A stretch of 64,000 nucleotides of DNA from an uncultured Gemmatimonadaceae bacterium. GTDB lineage: Bacteria > Gemmatimonadota > Gemmatimonadetes > Gemmatimonadales > Gemmatimonadaceae. Where the stretch lies: assembly GCA_963740355.1 (NCBI GenBank), contig CAVUDW010000003.1, forward strand, positions 672,001 through 736,000, written 5' to 3'. Each line of letters begins with the position of its first letter. Positions within the stretch are counted from its first letter, which is position 1. This document shows positions 33,073-42,376 of this stretch, piece by piece. The notes beneath the pieces are model-generated. The model was not told where the DNA came from. It saw only the letters and a program-made list of their open reading frames with translations, and did not search any database. A program made the position numbers and the translations under genes.

Positions 33073-33905
33073 GCAGCGCACCGTCGCAGACGACCGGCGG
33101 TTCGGGCAATGCTGCGTCCAACCGCGCGCCACTGGTGGCGGCAGCATTGCTGACGGTGCTGCTGATCGGTAGCGCGCTGGCTCCAGTGCTGGCGCCATAC
33201 ACGGTCGATGCGCTCGACCTCGCGAACCGGCGTGCGGCGCCCTCAGCACTGCATTGGTTCGGCACCGATGAACTGGGTCGCGACCTGCTGACTCGCGTGT
33301 TGTACGGCGCGCGCGTGTCGCTCGTGATCGGCCTCATCTCCGCGCTGGTCAGCGCTGCGATCGGCGCCGCAGTGGGTGCGATTGCAGGCTACGCGGGTCG
33401 CGTGGTCGACGACATCCTGATGCGCCTGACCGACGCGATGTTGGCGATTCCGCGGTTGCCGCTGCTGATGATCACAGCCGCCGTCCTGCAACCGAGTGTG
33501 CCGGTGCTGGTGATCCTGGTCGGCCTGGCCGGCTGGATGGAAACGGCACGCGTAGTCCGCGCCGAGGTGATGTCACTGGCCGCGCGTGACTTCGTGAGTG
33601 CCGCGCGCGCAATGGGCGCCTCGCCATTCCGCGTCGTCGTCCGTCACGTGCTCCCCGGCGTGCTCCCCGCCGCCGCCGTTGCCACGACATTGGCAGTTGG
33701 ACGTGGCATTCTGCTCGAGAGCGCCCTCAGCTTCTTTGGCGTCGGCGTGCAACCGCCCACCGCCAGCTGGGGCAACATGCTCTACCAGGCCCAGACGACG
33801 ATGACCAGCGAACCCTGGCTCGCCATCTTCCCCGGCGCGATGATCTTCCTCACCGTCCTCGCCTGCAACGCCGTCGGCGATTCCATCGGCGCGCAGAAGT
33901 CGTAA
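33069..33905 (+). CDS. Peptide ABC transporter permease (DppC-like)
   Basis: HWFGTDELGRD, GARVSL, ESALSF.G.G and SWGNML. Confidence 0.93.
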   Translation: MSSAPSQTTGGSGNAASNRAPLVAAALLTVLLIGSALAPVLAPYTVDALDLANRRAAPSALHWFGTDELGRDLLTRVLYGARVSLVIGLISALVSAAIGAAVGAIAGYAGRVVDDILMRLTDAMLAIPRLPLLMITAAVLQPSVPVLVILVGLAGWMETARVVRAEVMSLAARDFVSAARAMGASPFRVVVRHVLPGVLPAAAVATTLAVGRGILLESALSFFGVGVQPPTASWGNMLYQAQTTMTSEPWLAIFPGAMIFLTVLACNAVGDSIGAQKS

Positions 33906-33982
33906 CGCTTATCAGCGCTTACCGGCGCCTCCCAGCACTTCCCGCCGCGACGCTTCACTTTCGCCTGGGCGTCCACACTTCC

Positions 33983-34237
33983 TCACGCGGAGGCGCGGAG
34001 GACGCGGAGCCGCGGGGGTTCGCTCGCAGCAGCGGTCTGCCGTGCGGCTCGGAGGCGAACTGCAGGGGAACTGCGCTCGCGTGCTCAACGGGCGTTGCAA
34101 AAGTCGCCATCACCGAACAGCATTGCGCTGCCACGCGAAGGATCAAGGACTCTGCCCGCCCCCGCAGGCAGCCTCCGCCGCCCCAAGGCGTCCAATGCTG
34201 TTCCCCGCGGCTCCGCGTCCCCCGCGGCTCCGCGTGA
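33983..34237. repeat. REP/REPIN-like element: 35-bp inverted repeats around a ~185-bp spacer
   Basis: TCACGCGGAGGCGCGGAGGACGCGGAGCCGCGGGG at 33983-34017 and its reverse complement (2 mismatches) at 34203-34237, between convergent genes. Confidence 0.8.
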
Positions 34238-34346
34238 TTCGTGTGGACCGTCAGGCGAAAGCGCAGCGTCGCCATTAAGTGCGTTTTGTGTAGATCTTCA
34301 GGCGTAAGCGCAGCGTCGCCCATCGCCAGGAACCCTCGCGAACCGA

Positions 34347-35303
34347 CTAGTAGCCGCGTTCGCGATCGACGATCCAGCGCGGGGTTTCGCCGCTTTCGAA
34401 GGTGGCGAGGTTTTCGAGGAAGCCGTTCACGGCACCTTCGATGGTGGTGAGGCCGGAGACGTGCGGCGAGATCATCACGCGCGGGTCGTCCCAGAGCGGC
34501 GATGTCTCGGGCAGCGGCTCGACCTCGAACACGTCGAGCGCTGCGCCCTTGATCCAGCCTTCGGACAGCGCCTTCGGCAGGATCGACTCATCGATCACTG
34601 CGCCGCGGCCGGCGTTCATCAGCACGGCGCCATTGCAGGCCTTGAGCACCGACTCGTTCACCAGGCCGCGGGTCTGCGGTGTGAGCGGGAGCGTGAGGAT
34701 CACCCAGTCTGCGTCGGCGACCGTGGCCGCCAGCGCATCGGTGGCGCGAACCATCGAGAACACCGACATGTCGCCCTGCCCCGTGCGCGAGACACCCGTC
34801 ACCCGGCAGCCCAGCGCGGAGAACAGCTTCGCCACGTGGCTCCCCACGTCGCCTGTGCCCACCACCACCGCGTGGCTTCCACGCAGCATCCCGATATCGC
34901 TCGGCGCCCAGCGATGTTCGCGCTGCGCCACCGCCAGCTCGGGGATCTTCGTCACGAACGCCAGGGCCCGCGACAGCGCCCACTCGGCGATCATCGGGCC
35001 AAATGACTCAGGCGTCCGCGTGAGCACGATGTCGCGCGATAGCTCCACCGGCTCCAGCCACGAATCCACGCCGGCGCCGGTGGACTGCACCCAGCGCACG
35101 TTGCCCATCGTCGGCAGCGGCGGACGCTTGAAGCCGATGTAGGCGTCGGCCCAGGCGAGGTCATCCGCCGTGATCTGGGCGAAGGTGTTGCCCCGGATTT
35201 CCAGATCCGGCCGCGCCGCCGAGATCAGTGCCGACATCTGCGCGTGTGCGTTCTGGCCGATGACGACGTGACGGACAGGCAGAACGGAGTGGACGGAGGA
35301 CAT
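34347..35303 (-). CDS. D-2-hydroxyacid dehydrogenase
   Basis: GAGVD, VGTGDVG, LPLTPQT, NAGRG, LDVFEVEPLP and SPHVSG. Confidence 0.92.
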   Translation of the reverse strand: MSSVHSVLPVRHVVIGQNAHAQMSALISAARPDLEIRGNTFAQITADDLAWADAYIGFKRPPLPTMGNVRWVQSTGAGVDSWLEPVELSRDIVLTRTPESFGPMIAEWALSRALAFVTKIPELAVAQREHRWAPSDIGMLRGSHAVVVGTGDVGSHVAKLFSALGCRVTGVSRTGQGDMSVFSMVRATDALAATVADADWVILTLPLTPQTRGLVNESVLKACNGAVLMNAGRGAVIDESILPKALSEGWIKGAALDVFEVEPLPETSPLWDDPRVMISPHVSGLTTIEGAVNGFLENLATFESGETPRWIVDRERGY

Positions 35304-35589
35304 GGTCAGATGAAGGCGAAAGCTGATTTACAGAAGAGCTTGGCAATCCCGGAGCTCAGGCACCGGTCATTCGTGCGGAATTGCCGCTGGGGCTGATGGC
35401 AAGCTAATCCTCAGCCCAGCCTGAGCTTACACCAGACTCAACCTTACGAGAGGCGGCCTCGAAACGCTCCAGTGCGGTATCGGAAGTGTCGATACATCAG
35501 CACATGAGAAGGTCGCAACCCGGGGGCAGAGACTCCGAACGACGCGTCACGAAGGCTGGGCACCCGATGCGGTCACGCGGGTGCCTGCA

Positions 35590-37681
35590 ATGACCGCGGC
35601 CATCGCCCCCGTCCAGAGCCGAAGCAGCGCTAACACCGATCCCCTCGTGCAGCAGCTGCTGATGCGTTTCATCGGCGCGCTCAATCGTCGTCGATCCTAC
35701 GCCGCTGCCCATCCGATGGTGCTGGCCGCGGAACAACAACTGCACGAAGCCGCAGTCGCCATCCTCCTGACGCGGCCCGTCATCACCATCGGTGTCGCGA
35801 AAACCGACCTGCTCATCGACGGCGAACCCTACGTCACCAAGAGCTCGTTCGCACGCGAGCTCGCGACGCGCCTGCATCGACGCGGCGTTGGTGCCGTGAC
35901 GCTGCAAGCCGGTGTGCCGATGCTGCAGTTGCGGGAAATCCTTGCATGGTTGGCCACGGAACCTGCGGCCGATCAGCCGGCGAGCAACGACTTGCCTCCA
36001 GTGTTGAGTGGCGTCAGCGTCACCGCCGTCGCCTACGACCAGCTCAGCCTCGGCGATTCGGAGCGTGCCGCGGATGCGACCGGTGCGCAGCTCTGGCGCG
36101 CGCTGGCGCAACTCGCTGGCGAAGGTCCCGGTGACGCCGCCGCGAACAGCGGCAGCACGGAGGACCAGCACACGATCATGCAGCGCCTGCGGCAGAACGT
36201 CTCCGATCCTGACGTCGCGCGGCGTACCGCCATCGCGTTCATGGATCTCGCCGCACAAGGCACGGTCGCGCCGGTCGAGGGACGTATGCGCATCGGCGAG
36301 CAGCTGAATACCGCACTCGATACACTGGGCGAGTCGTCCATCGGCCCGATTCTGCACGCGCTTGGCGAACGATCGATGCAGCAGCGCTTCATCTCGCAAG
36401 TCGTCGACGTGTTGCCCGTGGCCGCCGTCGCCAGCTGGCTGCAGGTCGCGGCCAAGGCCCAGGAACAGCAGATGTCGCATCACATGCTGCGCCTGATGTC
36501 GAAACTCTCGACCTTCGCCGAAGTGAGCCACACCGCCGCCGTCGAGACTGAATTTCGCGGCGCAGCACAGGAGTTGGTGCGCGGCTGGTCGCTCGAAGAT
36601 CCGAACCCCGAAGAACACGCCGCGCTGCTCGATCGCATCGCCCTGCACGAACCGACCACCCCTGGGACGCACCCCACGCGCACCCACGCCGCCGACATCG
36701 AGTCCAGTCGGCTCGTCCAGATGGCGCTCGAGATCGATGTCGCGGGCGCAGATGCCGTGGCTGCGGCTGAGACGCTGGTGGATCATGGCGCAGGTGCGGC
36801 ACTGATCGAATGGCTCGACACCGTCGGCAAGACAGACGCCGCGCAAATCCTCGAGAAGGCGGTCACCAGTGAAAAGGCCATCCGCGCACTGTTGCTCACC
36901 GAGCCCGTCGACCGGCTACTCGCACGCGCGCTCCTAGAGCGACTCGATGCGTCGTATGCCGAAACGCTGCTCGACGTGCTGGAGGCGGCCGAGGCGCGCG
37001 GCACACGGATGATCGTGCGCCAGCGGCTCTCGGAATTCGGCGCAGCGATTGCGCCGCAACTGACGGCGCGGCTCGACCGAGCACCATGGTATCTCGTGCG
37101 CAACATCCTCACGCTGCTGCACGACATCTCGGAGCAGCAGGGCGGAACAGCGGCAGGCATCGATGCGATGGCGCCGCTGCTCGATCATGCGCAGGTGCAG
37201 GTGCGCACTGAGGCATTTCGCCTGCTGCTGCTCGACATCGAGGCGCGTGATTCGGCGATCCAGCATGCATTGCACGACGACAACGAACGCATGGTCGTGC
37301 TGGCATTGCAGGCGTTGACCGAGGGTCAGGACGGCCCGGCGACGATCTCCGACGCCATCGCGACGCAGCTGATGTCGATGGTCGAGGCCGAGACACACAG
37401 CGATACCGTGCGAGCCCGCATGGTGCGTTCGCTCGCCGCTCGGCCGAATACGCACACCGCGCGACTGGCTGATCAGCCTCGTGATCAAGCGGTCACGCAT
37501 CCTCCGTCGGATGACGCTCGCCGACCCGACACACACCGCCGTCGCTGCGGTGCACGTGCTGCGCCGCGTGTTTGCGAACGATGCCATCGTCGTTCCGGTG
37601 CTCGCCCTCGTCAGCAAGGAAGGCACCGATCGTCGTTGGCAGGCGCGCGATCCGGGCAGCAGCGTGGAGCACGCGACATGA
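35590..37681 (+). CDS. Large alpha-helical HEAT-repeat-like protein, copy 1 (frameshift near 37460)
   Basis: Y...HP N-terminal domain and HEAT-like LDRAPWYLVRN / H..VQVR.EA. The C-terminus RDWLISLV…WQARDPGSSVEHAT* lies in a shifted frame and matches copy 2. Confidence 0.75.
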
Positions 37682-38863
37682 CGCCAATCATCGACTTCCT
37701 GACCGCACTCGGTCAGGCGTTCGCCGCACTGACACTGTACGGCACCGAGCATCCGATGCGCCGAGCCGCGATTGCGCGGCTGCTGGCGACGATGGAGCGG
37801 GCGCTCGAGAGGCGGCGCCACACTGCGTATCTCGTTCATCGACCGCGAGGTGATCGTCGGCTCGCGGCCACTGACGGAGCTGCGCGGGTGGGATTGGGGC
37901 GCTCGACTCTCCGCGGCCGGCGTGCAGCGACTCGAGATCGACAGTCGTCCGATACCATCGGCCGATGACGTCGATGCCATGCTGGTCGCAATGCGTGCGC
38001 GCCTCGCTGCGCCGACAGAGACGGCAAAGCCTTGGACCACCGGTCCGATCAGGTTCGGTCCGCTCACCGTGACCGTCCCGCAGTCAGCCAGCGCCTCGGT
38101 GGTCGTGAACTCCGTCGTCGATGCGCTGGAGGTCTCCGGCCTCGGCGAAGAGGTCGATGCCGTCGGCTACGTGCATCAGGAAGTCGCGCTGGGGCACGAG
38201 CTGCCCATGGCGGAGGTGGAAGCCATCGTGCACGGCCTCGCGCTGACGGTGCGGCGGGAACAGGATGTCGTGCTGCCGCTGCTCGACCTGCGTAGCTACG
38301 ACGAGTACACCACGACGCATTCGTGCAACGTCGCCATGCTCTCGATCGGGCTGAGTGAGGCACTCGGCCTGTCGGACGTCGATGTCCGCGCCATCGGCAC
38401 CGCCGCGTTGCTCCATGACATCGGCAAGGTCCGCCTGCCACAGGAACTCCTCACCAAGCCGGGCAGACTGACCGACGACGAACGCCGGCTGATCGAGACG
38501 CACCCGGTGGAGGGGGCCAGGATCCTCAGTGCGCGAGGGCTCGGGAACGGCCTCGCCGCCACCGTCGCCTACGAGCATCACATCTGGTTCAATGGCCTTG
38601 GCGGTTACCCCCGGCTCGGGTTCGCGAGGACGACACATTTTGCCTCCCGGATCGTCCATGTATGCGACATCTACGATGCGCTCTGCTCGAAGCGACCCTA
38701 TCGCGACGCCTGGGCGCGGGAGAAGGCCATCACGCTGATGGAGTCGATCGCGGGTGTCGAACTCGATCCCGCCATCACCGCAACCTTCGTTGGAATGCTG
38801 CGACAAGCCACCGAACTCAGGCATGAGCTCGAGGCGGTTCCCGCTGCAGGAACGACCTCGTAA
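37678..38863 (+). CDS. HD-GYP domain protein, copy 1 (frameshift near 37810)
   Basis: ATGA overlap, DEYTTTH, LLHDIGK, HPVEG, HHIWFNGLGGYP and DIYDAL..KRPY. Confidence 0.85.
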
Positions 38864-38971
38864 ACGTTTGATTTCGTCACCGAACCTCTTCCTTCGCCGA
38901 ATCAGAGCCCTGCAAGACAACGAATGCTGATCCCGCCCACGTCGCCCTCCTCGCTTGCCGCTGCCTGACTG

Positions 38972-41082
38972 ATGGACGTCGAAACGCAGCAGCTGCTGAC
39001 CCGATTCGCAGGCACACTCAATCGCCGCCGAGCGTACTCCCCCACACACCCGATCGTGTGTGCGGCCGAGGAGCAGCTCATGGCAGCGATTTCCGATGTG
39101 CTGCGCGAGCGATCGACGCTGTCGCTCGGCATCGCGCGCAACGAGCTGATCGTGGACGGCACCGTGTGGGAAGTGAAGAACGGCGTCGCGCGCGAGTTGG
39201 CCAATCGCCTGCACCGCCGCGGTGTCGGCGCGATCGCCCTGGACGCCGGCGTGTCGCTCGACGACCTGCGCGAGTGCGCTGACCTGGCTGGCGCAGGAGC
39301 CCGGGGCCACGAATGACGCCCCGCCCAGCACTGGCGGCTTCCACATCACGCGCACCGCCTACGACCTGCTGGTTCTCGACGACGCCATCCGGGATGCGCA
39401 GTCGGCCATCGCCGGGCTCTGGCGCACGCTGGCAGAAGTGACCGGGAATCTTCGCCGAGCGCCACGAGCAGTCGTCGCGCGAAGCGGCGATGGCCGAGGA
39501 GTACGCCGGCCTGCCGCTGATGTTCGACGAAACGCCTTCCGGCGATCACGGCTTCGACACCGACGCGATCCTCGAGACACTGCGCAAGACCATCGACGAT
39601 CCGACCGTGGCACGCCGCACGGCCGTGGCGCTGCTCGAACTGACGAACCATGGCGTCGCCACCACCCGCGACGGGCGCGATCTGATCGGCGAGCAGATGC
39701 TGACCCTGCTCGAGCGGCTCGGCGAGTCGTCGTTGAGCCAGATCATCAAGGGACTTTCCGAGGGGGCGAAGCAACGGCAGTTCGTCTCGGAGGTCGTGCA
39801 GGTGTTGCCCGTGACGGAAGCCGTCACCTGGCTGGAAGCAGCCGCACAGGCCAGCGAACAGCAGATCTCGCATCAGCTGGTGCGCCTGATGTCGAAGCTC
39901 GCCACTGTCGCCGACGACAGGGGCGATGACGGCACCGACGCCGCGTTCCGGGATGCGGCCCGGGAGCTCGTCAGCAATTGGTCGCTTCATGATCCGAATC
40001 CGACGGAACATGCGGAGCTGCTCGACCGGATTGCGACCTTCGAACGGAATGCGCGGGGCACGATCCCCCGCCGCACCGATCACGACGCATCGACCATCGA
40101 GTCGTCCCGGCTCGTGCAGATGGCGCTGGAGCTCGACACGGTGGGCGAGGACACGATCGCTGCCGTCGAGGCCCTCGTCACCAGCAGTGCGAGTAAGGAG
40201 ATGATGGGGTGGATCGCCGCCGCCGGCGAACTCCCAGCGGCTCTCGAGCTGCGCGCAACCCTGCTCAGCGATCGCGTCGTGCGCCAGTTGCTGCTCACCG
40301 AACCGGTGGACCGCCTTCAGGCACGTGCACTGCTCGATGAACTCGACGTCACTGCCGCCGATACCCTCCTCGACATCCTCGGCGCCGCCGCCAGCAAGGG
40401 CACGCGCCTGCTCGTGCGTCAGCGGCTCGCGGAATTCGGTGATGCCATCACACCTCGACTCGTCGCGCGACTCACCGACGGGCCGTGGTACCTGATCCGG
40501 AACGTGCTCTCGCTGCTGGTCGACATGTCCGCCGCTGCCGGCGAAGGCAGCGACAGCATGGGTGCACTGATCTCGCTGCAATCGCACAGCCAGGTGCAGG
40601 TTCGCATCGAGGCACTGCGCGTGCTGGCCCGCATGCAAGACGACACGCGGACCGCGGCCTTCGCACGGGCACTCAGCGACGACAACGAACGCGTGGTGGT
40701 GATGGCGCTGCAGGAGTTGTCCGATTCCAGCGCCGAGCGCGGTGGTGTGCCGGAACCGCTGGTGCGCCAGCTCATGACCCTCGTCGACAGCGGGGCCCAG
40801 AGTGAGCCGGTCCGCGCGAGGGCCATTCGCACACTGCAGCACACCCGCAGCGATGCGGTGCGCGACTGGTTGATCGGCATCGTGAGTCGCAAGAGCCCGA
40901 TCCTTCGACAGCTGCGCCTGGCCGAGCCCACACAGCCCGCCGTGAGCGCGTTGCACGTCCTGACGAAGGTGTACGCCGACGATCCTGCCGCTGGCGGCGT
41001 GCGCGCCGTGGCCAGCAAGGTGTCGAACGACCCACGGTGGCAGGTGCGAGATACCGGCAGCAGTGCGGAGCGCGCGACATGA
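38972..41082 (+). CDS. Large HEAT-repeat-like protein, copy 2 (frameshifts near 39275 and 39447)
   Basis: Three partial ORFs are colinear with copy 1 (RELA.RLHRRGVGA, IESSRLVQMALE.D, LLLTEPVDRL). Confidence 0.75.
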
Positions 41083-42242
41083 AGAATGAGATGACGTTCC
41101 TCACCGCGCTTGGCCAGGCGTTCTCGGCCCAGGCGCTCTACAGCGACGATCATCCGTCGCAGAAGACGGCGCTGACACGACTGCACTCGACCCTGCGGAC
41201 GGTGCTCGCGGCAGGGCCGCTCCGCATCTCGTTCCTCGAGAACGAAGTCATCGCCGGCACTCGACCCATTACCGAGATGCGCGGCTGGGAGTGGAGCCCA
41301 AAGCTCTGGGCGGTGGGTGTCCAGCGACTGGAGGTCGCGGTCGAACCCGCCCCATCACTCGATGATGTATCAACGCTCCTGACCGCCATCCGGCAGCGAC
41401 TCGCTCAACCGGCCGGCACCGGCACGGCCTGGTCGCACCGTGGCATGCGCGTCGGTCCACTCTCGGTGCAGGTCGCCGAGAAGACCGACCGCGACGCCTC
41501 CGGTGGGGGCGACAGCGGTCTGCGGCTGATCGGGCTTGGCGCCGAGGTGGAAGCGGTGCGCTACCTGCACGCCGAGGTCGAGGCGGGGCGGAAGGTGCCG
41601 ATGGCTGAAGTCGATGGGGTGGTGCGCGCACTCGCAGTCACGATCCGTCGCGAGCAGGGGTGCCTGCTGCCGCTGCTCGACATCAAGGACTACGACGAGT
41701 ACACCACCTCGCATTGCTGCAACGTGGCGATGCTGTCCATGGGCCTGAGCGATCAACTCGGACTTTCGGACGCCGACACCCGTGCCATCGGCACCGCTGC
41801 CCTGCTCCACGACATCGGCAAGACCAGGCTGCCCCACGAGGTCCTGACCAAGCCCGGCAAGCTGACGCCAGAGGAGCGACTGATAATTCAGGCGCATCCG
41901 GTGGAGGGTGCCCGCATCCTCACGCAGCGTGGACTGGGGAACGGCCTCGCGGCCACGGTCGCCTACGAGCACCACATCTGGTTCAATGGCAAGGGCGGCT
42001 ACCCGGTGCTGAACTATCCGCGCGAGACGCACTTCGCGAGCCGGATCGTGCATGTGTCCGACATCTACGACGCCATCAGTTCCAAGCGGCCGTACCACGA
42101 GCCGTGGCCGCGTGACAAGGCCCTCGACCTGATCCGCAAGCTGGCGGGCGTCGAACTCGACCCGCACATCGCCGAGGCGTTCCTGGCCATGGCCAGCGAG
42201 GCGACCGAGGTCCGGCGCCAGGTCAGCGAACAGGCAGCCTGA
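41079..42242 (+). CDS. HD-GYP domain protein, copy 2
   Basis: ATGA overlap, DEYTTSH, LLHDIGK, HHIWFNGKGGYP and KRPY. Confidence 0.88.
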   Translation: MKNEMTFLTALGQAFSAQALYSDDHPSQKTALTRLHSTLRTVLAAGPLRISFLENEVIAGTRPITEMRGWEWSPKLWAVGVQRLEVAVEPAPSLDDVSTLLTAIRQRLAQPAGTGTAWSHRGMRVGPLSVQVAEKTDRDASGGGDSGLRLIGLGAEVEAVRYLHAEVEAGRKVPMAEVDGVVRALAVTIRREQGCLLPLLDIKDYDEYTTSHCCNVAMLSMGLSDQLGLSDADTRAIGTAALLHDIGKTRLPHEVLTKPGKLTPEERLIIQAHPVEGARILTQRGLGNGLAATVAYEHHIWFNGKGGYPVLNYPRETHFASRIVHVSDIYDAISSKRPYHEPWPRDKALDLIRKLAGVELDPHIAEAFLAMASEATEVRRQVSEQAA

Positions 42243-42376
42243 GACGTTTCGGGGTTGGCACGGGACGGGTCCCCTTGCCTGTGCACGGCGACATATTCCT
42301 GTCAGGCTGACCCGGACGGTACCGTGCCGGGCTTCATGTCGTGCAGTCCCACATGCCATCGACCAGGGAGGTCGTA

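Noticed and set aside
35304..35589. Possible c-di-GMP riboswitch upstream of the HEAT/HD-GYP module
   Set aside because: Only a generic hairpin (GGGCTGA…TCAGCCC) is visible, with no recognisable class I or II consensus. An Rfam scan would settle it.
37682..37968. Apparent HEAT/HD-GYP fusion in the 795-aa ORF
   Set aside because: The frameshift near 37460 puts the ORF into the frame of the next gene's start. Copy 2 shows two separate genes coupled by ATGA.
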